Below are positions 37,796 to 46,442 of a DNA stretch of 64,000 bases, piece after piece. The position numbers and the translations under genes were made by a program. Numbering within the stretch: position 1 is the stretch's first letter; each line of letters opens with the position of its first letter. Source of the stretch: Desulfatiglandales bacterium. Its GTDB lineage: Bacteria > Desulfobacterota > DSM-4660 > Desulfatiglandales > Desulfatiglandaceae. Where the stretch lies: assembly GCA_963662465.1 (NCBI GenBank), contig OY759599.1, positions 7,424,001 to 7,488,000 on the forward strand. The letters run 5' to 3'. The notes under the pieces are model-generated. The model worked only from the letters and a program-made list of their open reading frames with translations, searched no databases and had not been told where the DNA came from.

Positions 37796-38614
37796 TTATC
37801 CCCACACAATTTGAGGAGGTTTTCGTTCTGGCAACCGGTAGTACCTGGGCTTGGCATATCCCAGCATCATGGGATAGTGGTGGGGATGGTTTTCGGGCAG
37901 TCCCAGCACCTCTTTGATCTCCGGTCGTGACGGAATCGCACCTTTAAGGAGTCCTGCCCAGCACGTTCCAAGGCCCAGTGTGGGCGCCGCCAGTTCAAGG
38001 TAGGACAGGGCCAGGGTCAGATCAACCATGCCGTTTAAGGCTTCCTTCGGGGCATGGGCCACTACCAGGACGGGAGCGTCTCTCAGGATCCGGTCAATGC
38101 CCATGTCCCATGCCTTTACGGTGGCGGGAAAATAGGGGGCGGTTTCAGCGCCTTTTTCAAGAATAAACCGCATCCAGCCAATGGTGAGTTCCGCCAGTTT
38201 ATGAATCTTGATTTTGTCGGTGATCACAAGCCATCTCACCAATTGTAGATTTCCCGCACTCGGTGCATAACGGGCGATTTCAATGAGTTCCTGAAGCGTT
38301 TCTTGCGCTACCGGTTTGTCCAGGTATCGCCTGACGGATCGGCGGGACCGTAGGAACTGAACGGCCTGTTCCTTGTTGATGGCAAGATCTTTCTGAATGG
38401 GCAGGCAACGTTCCATGGGGATGCTGGTGTGCCGCATGGCCCCGTGGGGACAAACGGCAACGCAGTGGCCGCACCTGATGCAGGTGTTTTCAGCGCCGGC
38501 CATCAAAAAGGGGTAGCCATCTTCATCCGCCATTTTGATAATGCCCATGAGACATTCTTCAGCACAGATTGCATCCTTCTTGCATTTATTTCGATCAATT
38601 TCCAGCAGTCCCAT
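37796..38614 (-). CDS. Nitroreductase with an N-terminal 4Fe-4S ferredoxin domain
   Basis: CKKDAICAEEC and CIRCGHCVAVCP; RSRRSVRRY, APSAGN.Q, GLGTCWAG. Confidence 0.92.
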   Translation of the reverse strand: MGLLEIDRNKCKKDAICAEECLMGIIKMADEDGYPFLMAGAENTCIRCGHCVAVCPHGAMRHTSIPMERCLPIQKDLAINKEQAVQFLRSRRSVRRYLDKPVAQETLQELIEIARYAPSAGNLQLVRWLVITDKIKIHKLAELTIGWMRFILEKGAETAPYFPATVKAWDMGIDRILRDAPVLVVAHAPKEALNGMVDLTLALSYLELAAPTLGLGTCWAGLLKGAIPSRPEIKEVLGLPENHPHHYPMMLGYAKPRYYRLPERKPPQIVWG

Positions 38615-38624
38615 ATCGCGTCTC

Positions 38625-39176
38625 CTATGCGCCCTTAACGGCTTTTGATTTGCGGTGTCGCCAGAAGAATACGCCGATGATCAACAGCGCCAGCGGTATC
38701 AGCAATGCCCAGAGGTATTCCTCTATCAGCGCCGTAGCGACGACGGCAATACCCAGAAAAACGCCCACGACGGAAATTCGCCAGTTGGCAGTAACGCCGG
38801 CGCAGAAGGCGGCAAAGGCCAGGACCAGAAGGGCTACGAGGCCCACATCCACATTGTTCAGTCTCCCCGTTTCCGTAGAACTGAGAAGAAAGACCAGATA
38901 TATGGTGACCACATACCCGAACCAGTGAAGAATTTGCGTCTTTATCAGCTTGCCTTTGCTTTCTCCCCGAAGGGTCAGGCGAGGCCATTCCAGGGCGATA
39001 GCCGCGCCGCAAAATACCGGGGCCATGGCCATCCAGTACCAGAATCCCTTGGTGGGATTGAAATCGGTCAGGGCAATGCCGACCACCGACAGAAAAAGCA
39101 AAAGGACCAGGATGAATTCAGAAACATGACGTTTTTTTGGAAATTTACTGAACTTATCATGAAGGTTTACGGTCAT
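38625..39176 (-). CDS. Hypothetical integral membrane protein
   Basis: AAGGAG RBS; about six hydrophobic helices. Confidence 0.8.
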   Translation of the reverse strand: MTVNLHDKFSKFPKKRHVSEFILVLLLFLSVVGIALTDFNPTKGFWYWMAMAPVFCGAAIALEWPRLTLRGESKGKLIKTQILHWFGYVVTIYLVFLLSSTETGRLNNVDVGLVALLVLAFAAFCAGVTANWRISVVGVFLGIAVVATALIEEYLWALLIPLALLIIGVFFWRHRKSKAVKGA

Positions 39177-39321
39177 GGTATTCTCCTTCCTTGCCTATGA
39201 TGGGATTTATAATTTATTTTCGATCAAGAAATTCACAAGTCTGACCTTTTATCAGAGTTTCACGAAAATCACAATGGTCGTGCTTTGAAATCCCCTTGTT
39301 TTATTGGTTTTACAAGGAATA

Positions 39322-40464
39322 TCAGGAGAATATCGCTTTTGAAATAATTAATTTTTCGATTTCCTTGGTGCCTTCATAGATTTCAATGATTTTAGCATCC
39401 CGATAAAATCTCGCCACATCATACTCTTCCATGAATCCGTAGCCGCCGTGAATCTGGACCGCCTCTTCCGCTACTCTGACGCCGGTTTCCCCGGCAAACC
39501 ATTTGGCCATGGCCGTTACTTTTGGGTCCGGCCGGCCCTTGTCCGCGGTGAATGCGGCTTCATAAACCAGATTTCGCGCTGCCTGAATGCGGGTGGCCAT
39601 TTCGGCGATTTTGAACTGGGTGATCTGAAAGGCGCTCAGTGTATTGCCGAATTGTTTTCTGTTTTTGGCGTGGAAAATCGCTTTTTCCATGGCGCCCTGG
39701 GCGATGCCGACCCCTTCGGCGCCCACATGGATGCGGGTCCGGTTGAAAAATTCCATGAATTGATAAAATCCCCTTCCTTCTTCTCCCACCAGGTTTTGAA
39801 CGGGAACCCGCACGTCGCTGAAATTCAGCTCCGCCGTGTCCGAGGCTCTAATTCCCAATTTGTTGGAGAGCTTCCTTGCCTCGAATCCTTTTCGGTCGCA
39901 TTCAACCAGAATGACGCTGTGCCGGTTGTGCCGTGAGGCGGCTTCCGGGTCGGTCTGACAGAAGACCGTGAGATACTTTGCCACCGTGCCGTTGGTGATA
40001 AACATTTTGCTGCCGTTAATGACGTATTCATCGTTCACTTTTTCAGCCCGGGTGGTCACATTGGAAACATCGCTGCCGGCATCGGGCTCCGTGATGGCCG
40101 ATCCCATGACGGCTTCCCCCGTGGTCAGGGGTGTCAGATAGGCCATTTTCTGGGCTTCGGTTCCGTAGAGTTCTACCATGTCCGCCCCGAATGTGGCGGC
40201 GGTCAGCACGGATCCAAGACCTGGATCGACGCGCCAGAATTCTTCGGTAATCAGGCATTTTTCAAGGTAACCATAACCGCCTCCGCCGTATTCTTCCGGC
40301 AGGTTGATGCCGATAAACCCAAGATCCGCGGCCTTTTTGACCAGATCCATGGGGTAGCGCTCCTCGCGGTCGCATGTTTGTGCCAGTTCGGGAAATTCCC
40401 CTTCCGCAAATTCCCTGGCGGCATTACGAATATCCGTCTGTTCTTTGGTTAAGTCAAAGTCCAT
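39322..40464 (-). CDS. Acyl-CoA dehydrogenase
   Basis: AITEPDAGSD, INGSKMFITNG, KLGIRASDT, RKQFG, QIHGGYG, IYEGT.EI. Start set at MDFDL (40464). Confidence 0.95.
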   Translation of the reverse strand: MDFDLTKEQTDIRNAAREFAEGEFPELAQTCDREERYPMDLVKKAADLGFIGINLPEEYGGGGYGYLEKCLITEEFWRVDPGLGSVLTAATFGADMVELYGTEAQKMAYLTPLTTGEAVMGSAITEPDAGSDVSNVTTRAEKVNDEYVINGSKMFITNGTVAKYLTVFCQTDPEAASRHNRHSVILVECDRKGFEARKLSNKLGIRASDTAELNFSDVRVPVQNLVGEEGRGFYQFMEFFNRTRIHVGAEGVGIAQGAMEKAIFHAKNRKQFGNTLSAFQITQFKIAEMATRIQAARNLVYEAAFTADKGRPDPKVTAMAKWFAGETGVRVAEEAVQIHGGYGFMEEYDVARFYRDAKIIEIYEGTKEIEKLIISKAIFS

Positions 40465-40876
40465 TCTTTTCCTCTTCACGGTGATCATATTGTTGCCAGG
40501 CCTGTTGTTTCAGGCATGCTTGAAATTCTTTGAGAACATACTTGTGGGGAAAATCAGGGTGAGAAAAATAGTTTAACGTACTTTTGATAAAAGAATCCAT
40601 CAAGCTATGCAGCAACGCGTCTTTTTTCCGCTCATCAATATAGTGGCGTTCTCTTTTCTGTTCGAAACTAACGGCTTCCCCCAGTGCGTTTCTGATTTCC
40701 TTAACGCTGTATTTTGAAAATTTTTGATTGGTTAACAGAAAATCGGACAGTGGAATATCAATCCGGGCAATCATCCCGACGTACCATCGGTCGCCTGCCA
40801 GTTTGCGGGAAATGTCATAAAAGTCTAAGGTTAAAGCATTACGGAGTTCTATTCTTTTGATCAATGTTTGTTCCAT
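40454..40876 (-). CDS. Hypothetical protein
   Basis: 140-aa ORF overlapping the acyl-CoA dehydrogenase start; YDISRKLAGDRW...YFSHPDFP..Y pattern. Confidence 0.75.
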   Translation of the reverse strand: MEQTLIKRIELRNALTLDFYDISRKLAGDRWYVGMIARIDIPLSDFLLTNQKFSKYSVKEIRNALGEAVSFEQKRERHYIDERKKDALLHSLMDSFIKSTLNYFSHPDFPHKYVLKEFQACLKQQAWQQYDHREEEKNGL

Positions 40877-41022
40877 TTCGCATCCACCGTTTTATATTTT
40901 GCCTTTCATTCTACTGCACGTTTTATCGTTCAATCAAGTTATTTTTTTCACTTATAACGACAATCTCACCGTTTTGAGAAGGTGAAAATGAGTATCCTTC
41001 ATTGTCGACAACCACACCCTTG

Positions 41023-41090
41023 TTGAACACGATTCACACGATTTAACAGGATAAACAGGATTAAGAGGCCGCATCCGGGCAAATTCGTTC
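41023..41090 (+). repeat. Left copy of a 68-bp inverted repeat (contains ACA(C/G)GAT subrepeats)
   Basis: 56/68 identical, ungapped, to the reverse complement of 46294-46361 (hand alignment). Confidence 0.85.
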
Positions 41091-41360
41091 TGTCTTCGGT
41101 TTATCGGCCACTGGTCATCCTGTCCATCATTTGTTATTAATCTTCCTTAATAAATCACCTGTTTACAAACAGAATTGAATGTGCTAAAGGCATACAAATA
41201 CCCGCCGATGACATCGGATAGCCTTTTGAATTGATTTATGAATTGGCGTTTTTCCTGGAGATGGGGGGACGGGGAGATGAGAAGATGAGGAAACTGGGAG
41301 ATATGGCATAAACCATTTATCCGGGATGAAACAGGGCCTGCGAAAAAAGGGAGGTGCGGC

Positions 41361-44300
41361 ATGAAAAAAGGGTTGACGGCGGCGGGGATTTTTCTGGGAC
41401 TGATATTGATGTTGACGCCTGTTTTCGGATTCCAGGCGCCGGAAAAGGGGGCGGAACCGGATATTTCCACAATTGCCGGTGAAGCGCCGGCCAGAGCGCA
41501 GTACTTTGTCAGCAGTGACGGGGATGCGGAGGCAAGACACCCTGCTACGGCAAAATCCAGGATGCCATCAATGCCGCCCCTGACGGATCGGATATTTTGG
41601 TAAAGCAGGGCGCATTCGAAGAATCCATCAGTCTCACAAGCGCCAAGACGGTGGTGGTCAAAGGGGGATATGATTCGGAATACAGCCAACAAACAGCTGC
41701 TACAACCTTCATCCAGGGAGTAGGGCAGACAACCATTCAAGCGACCGGTGGGTCCCTGAAATTTCAAATGTTGAGCATGCTCCCATCGGGGAGCTATAGT
41801 CTGGCCATCAATATCACCGGCAGCGGTCAGGTGCATATTTCCCCTTCGGGCGCCGCGTTTCAACCGGGAACAGTGATAACCCTGACCGCTGAGGCGGATT
41901 TGGGATCGGTGTTCACCGCCTGGGGCGGTGCGTGCAGTGGGACCGAACCGACAACCCAGCTCACCATGAATGGCCACAAGGAGGTGTCCGCAAGCTTTTC
42001 AGCCGCATCCACTGTGCCCCTGAAAAATCAGGCGTTGCTGGGTCCCCTGGCAGGCGCCAATATTCGGGCCTACACACTGGACGATCTTTCCAATCCCATC
42101 GAGGGGCCGTTTCCGGCCAACAATTCGGTGAACATGCAGGCCGCCGGTTCGTTTAACCTGACCCTGGGCGGAATTGCCGATGATGCGTGGGTCCTGGTAT
42201 CCGCCGGCGGGGGCTGGGACATTGACGCCAATGATGACGGGGTGGTGGACACGAACCCGGTCCGCAACCAGGGAACCCTGTATGCCCTGGCTCAGGCAAG
42301 CCAGTGGCGGCAGGGCAATTTGAAGCTAAATGCCCTGACCGACATGGCCTGGCGTTACAGCAAGGCCTGGGTGGGACAGGCGAGCATCGCCGAACTGGAA
42401 AAACGCCTGAATGAAGTGGCGCGGACCTTCTTGGTCAAAAAAATCAGCGGCACGGGTGAGATTGATTACACGGATCTCTTTGCTTTCAACCCCGGGGATG
42501 CCTCGCACCGGGCATGTCTTTCCTTTGACTATGCCGGTTTGCTGGCCTCCGGGGGATATGCGGCCCAGGTGCGTGCCGGCGCCTCCGATACGGATGTGAA
42601 CGCGGCCCTGGGCACGGTGTTCGGTTCTGTTCTGAGCTTTCTGCTGCCTGATAATCTGGAAAGCGAGGTTCAGGTGCGGCTCGCCGGTTTCGGGCGCGGA
42701 AAGGTGGAAAGCAGTGATGGTTTGCTGGTGGTGGACAGTGAAGCGGATGCCTCCGCGCAAAAGACCATGGCCCTCTACGCACGGGATCGGGAAACCCCGG
42801 TGACCTTTACAGCCACGTCGCTTAGCGATACGAAAATCCTGGGCTGGACCGGATGCGATCAGGTGAACGATGACCAGACCCAATGCACGGTGGGGTTGAG
42901 TACCAACCGCCAGGTGCAGATCAATTTCGGATACGACGAGGCGGTCATCGATCCGGAGTTTGTGGACCTCAGCCTGGCAACGGTCACCTGGTCCGGCGAT
43001 ACCCTGACGGTGGTGGTGGATGAACATGACACGGACCTTTTGGCGACAATGGCCGATATTGCTGTGGGCTGGTATGTGGCCGGCATGTCGGACCAAGGGC
43101 CGTTTCTCCTTCAGGTGACCGAGGTTTCGGGACACCAGGACAGAACCTGGACCCTTAAAACCATTCAGGCAAGCCTGGAGGATGTGATTTTGCAGGGGAC
43201 AGGGACGCTTCAGCGAGCACTCACCCACGGAGACCTGGCGGCGGATGCCTATAACCAGCGCATCCGGTCCGCCACCGGGGAGGTTCTGCCGGTGCGGCTG
43301 GTGCCCTCGGAGGATTCCACTGACCGGGTGTTTCGCATTCAGGTGGGGGGTGTGCCGGACCCCGAGGGGGGTAACCGGGTTTCCGGGGATCTGATCCTAG
43401 GGGATGACGATGGAGAAATTAAACTTCACGGCGAAATCGAGGTAACCATCGACCTGGATACGGGGTTAACCTATGGCTTGCTGAAGGGCCTGGAATATTT
43501 CAAATTTGTACCGGAAGTGGGGGTCACGGAAGAAATCAGCGTCACGTGTACCGGAAAAATCAAGGGAGAAAAGAAAAAGAAGATCTATACCATTCCCTTT
43601 GCCGCCATTGTGATCTGGATTCCTTCTGTGCCCCCCGTGCCCATCTGGGTGTCGCCCGCAGTGGATATCTGGCTCGGCATCGAGGGTGGCCTGGAGGCGG
43701 CGGTCAACATGGGGATCTCCTACGAAATGACCTCCCGCGGCGGGGTCCAGTACACTGTGGATGAAGGCTGGGAGCCGGTTTTGGGGTTTGATCGCACGTG
43801 GGATCTGCAGGAACCGCAATTCACTGCTAAAGGCTTTGTGAAGGGGTTTGTTTCAGCGGAACCGGAAATGATGGTGTACAGCCTCTCCGGGCCGGGGCTG
43901 GCCATTGAGCCCTATGTGGAAGGGAGTGTGACCGCGGGCTTTGATCCCGATTGCGTGGCGGCTCTCGACTGGGGGTTGTGGGGCGGCATCACCGGTAAGC
44001 TCCAATGGAAAGGAAATGAGAGCATTCCCATTCTGGGTAAGGCTCTGGAAAAGTTGGATCTGACCTTCGAGTTTTATAACTGGGAGCGCAAAATCCTTGG
44101 GGGAGTCCTGAATGCCTGCGGCAGCGAACCGCCGGCCCTGTTTTTGAACGGTAATGATATCAATGAATATGTTGTCTCCGGCGCCGGTGGAAACCTCCAG
44201 ACCACCTATACCCTGACCAATAAAGGCAATCAGGACATGCCCTGGTCCATTGAAAAGCCGGCTTGGAGTCCGGTTTCGCTATCCTCCTCTGAAGGCACGC

Positions 44301-45499
44301 TCAATCCGGGCGCTTCCACTCAGGTGACCGTGACGGTGAACAGCCCCGGCGGCTTGAGTGTGGGCACTCACACCTACCGGCTGGAATTCAATAATGAATT
44401 CCAGGGCGCCATCGGCCAGTCCGGGCTGGGGTCCGAGGACCGAAATGTGCGGATCACGGTAGTGACCGCTGACTTTCCGGCCCCCACCCTGACTACGGCA
44501 TCGCGCTACACCGAAACCACGGCCAAATTCGAGTGGACCTACCCGGCGGATTCCTATTACCTGCTGGACGGGTTCAACATCTGGTACACCACGGATGCGT
44601 CCATGACAACCGGCTTGGTGAAAGCGGCCACCGTGGACCGGACACAGTACAGCACGACGGTTCAGGGGTTGCCGAAACAGACGGTGTATGTCACCGTGGA
44701 GGCCTTTGGGATGGACCCGGCGGTCCAGACGGCGTTGTCCGTTTACAAAAGCGTCCCCCCCTTGGGAGACACGCCTCCTACCTGGACCAACAGCCTGGGG
44801 ATGACTTTCGTGCTTCTGCCCGCCGGCACGTTCACCATGGGGAGTCCAGCAGACGAACTGGGACGGTTCGACAGAGAAGGACCCCAGCACCAGGTGACGC
44901 TCACGCAGTCCTTCTACATGCAGCAGACCGAAGTCACCCAGGCCCAGTGGGAGGCGGTGATGGGAAGCAATCCGTCATACTTTTCCACTTGTTCCACGTG
45001 TCCGGTGGAGTATGTTTCGTGGAATTACGTGCAGGCGTTTATCACGAAGATGAACGCCCGGGGAGAAGGGAGCTACGGTCTGCCCACGGAAGCCCAGTGG
45101 GAATACGGGGCAAGGGCAGGGAGTACGACCGCTTTTTATAACGGGGCGATTACGGAGTTGTCTTGTGGGTATGATCCCAACTTGAATGCCATTGGGTGGT
45201 ACTGTTATAATGCGGAAAGTAAAACCCATCCGGCGGCGGAAAAGGTTCCGAATGCCTGGGGGCTGTACGACATGAGCGGGAATGTGTGGGAATGGTGTCA
45301 GGACTGGTATGGAAGCTACGGTTCCGCGGCGGTGTCCGATCCTACCGGGCCTGTAAGTGGCTCGGGCCGTGTGATTCGGGGCGGCAGTTGGGACGGCAAC
45401 GCACGGGGCTGTCGGTCGGCCTTTCGCTACGGCGGCTCCCCGGACTACAGGTCCAACTGCATAGGGTTTCGGCTTGTCCTCTCCTCAGGTCAGCAGTAG
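41361..45499 (+). pseudogene. Giant secreted protein (signal peptide, InlB-B repeat, BACON/FN3-like domains, C-terminal FGE-sulfatase/CLec domain), split by a 1-nt frameshift near 41520-41525
   Basis: GGGAGG RBS + signal peptide in the 41361 frame; a -1 shift gives YFVSSDG.CGGKTPCYGKIQDAINAAPDGSDILVKQG, in frame with ORF 41597-45499. FGE motifs FTMGS, TEVTQAQW, LPTEAQWEY, PNAWGLYDMSGNVWEW, RGGSW, GFR. Confidence 0.8.
45368..45490 (+). other. Putative DGR variable region (VR)
   Basis: RVIRGGSWDGNARGCRSAFRYGGSPDYRSNCIGFRLVL, with NNC/NNT codons at the positions that are AAC/AAT in typical template repeats. Confidence 0.5.
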
Positions 45500-45519
45500 G
45501 GTGAGCAGGCGGGCAGGGA

Positions 45520-45595
45520 GGGCATCCGTACTGGAACGTCATGGAACGGGAGCGAGGGACGAGCGGACGCGGAATGACGTGGAAGTCGGATGCCC
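45520..45595. other. Nested stem-loop immediately downstream of the putative VR
   Basis: GGGCATCCG(45520-28)/CGGATGCCC(45587-95), ACT/AGT and ACGTCAT(45536-42)/ATGACGT(45574-80) pair in nested order. No U-tract follows. Confidence 0.7.
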
Positions 45596-45642
45596 GGATT
45601 GGGGGAAGTCTGTGAACAAAAGGAAGTCGAAGGAAGATAAAC

Positions 45643-45948
45643 GTGAAATTAGAATGGGATGAGAAAAAGCGCCAAATCAATTTGCGAAAACATGGGATTG
45701 ATTTCAGAGAGGCCCATGAGATTTTCGGAAATCCCCTGCTATCCAAAATCGACAAACGGTATTATAATGAAGAGCGCTGGATTGCACTGGGCATGACACA
45801 TCGATGCGTTGTTTTGGTTGTGTTTACCGAACATGATGAAGAAACAATCCGCATCATATCGATTCGAAAGGCGACAAGGCGGGAGAGGAAAACCTATGAA
45901 AAATATCTCTCAAACAGATTGGGAAAGAGTCCATCGGCTCTCGGATGA
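45643..45948 (+). CDS. brnT: BrnT family ribonuclease toxin
   Basis: LEWDEKKRQINLRKHGIDF..A..IF...EERWIALG...VVFTE...IRIISIRKAT.RE. Confidence 0.92.
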   Translation: MKLEWDEKKRQINLRKHGIDFREAHEIFGNPLLSKIDKRYYNEERWIALGMTHRCVVLVVFTEHDEETIRIISIRKATRRERKTYEKYLSNRLGKSPSALG

Positions 45949-46117
45949 AGATATCGATTTTTCTGATATTCCAGAAACGACCGAGGGTTATTGGCACGAT
46001 GCTGAATGGTTCATCCCACCCAAGAAGGACAGCTTGGTCAATGTGTTGCGAAGGTATCAACTCAAATCAACGGATATCAAAATGGTCGTTCGGTTGGTGG
46101 AAAGGCTTGCCGGTTGA
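45896..46117 (+). CDS. BrnA-type antitoxin, apparently with a degenerate or deleted DNA-binding region
   Basis: SQTDWERV..LSDEDIDFSDIPE N-terminus; lacks the usual (I/V)TIRLD.DV..WF...G.GYQ segment. Overlaps the brnT 3' end. Confidence 0.65.
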   Translation: MKNISQTDWERVHRLSDEDIDFSDIPETTEGYWHDAEWFIPPKKDSLVNVLRRYQLKSTDIKMVVRLVERLAG

Positions 46118-46170
46118 TCATGGAAGCCGCAGCCGTTTACCATGAAAATACATCGCGGGGGCCTGCTGTG

Positions 46171-46200
46171 AGTAGAGACAAGGCATGCCTTGTCTCTACT
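46171..46200. repeat. Perfect 30-bp palindrome, GTAG-type REP element
   Basis: AGTAGAGACAAGGCATGCCTTGTCTCTACT equals its own reverse complement. Confidence 0.85.
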
Positions 46201-46212
46201 TCAGCCTCGACC

Positions 46213-46237
46213 GTCGCGGCGGGATGCCGCTCTCACA
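46213..46237 (-). repeat. Second REP-like element
   Basis: Minus strand TGTGAGAGCGGCATCCCGCCGCGAC: GTGA lead plus a GCGGC/GCCGC hairpin. Confidence 0.55.
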
Positions 46238-46293
46238 GGGGAGTTTCATGCTTGGAAACGAGATGTATTCGGATCTCGGGTGTAAAGGGGTTT

Positions 46294-46361
46294 GAAGGAA
46301 ATTGTCCGGACGCCGTATCCTAATCCTGTTCATCGTGTTTAATCCTGTGAATCGTGTTCAA
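46294..46361 (-). repeat. Right copy of the 68-bp inverted repeat
   Basis: Reverse complement matches 41023-41090 at 56/68 positions. Confidence 0.85.
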
Positions 46362-46442
46362 AACGGGAAGGATGCCAACAATGACGGATACCCCGTACAC
46401 ATGGTGTTGACAACCCACCCAAAATACGTTTAAATACTTCCC

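Noticed and set aside
41023..41062. Possible CRISPR or iteron array (ACAGGAT-type repeats)
   Set aside because: Units are only about 9-10 bp with no unique spacers, and no cas or rep genes; treated as part of the 68-bp inverted repeat.
41147..43228. Minus-strand ORFs of 276 and 300 aa
   Set aside because: Antisense to the surface-protein gene; no recognisable domains.
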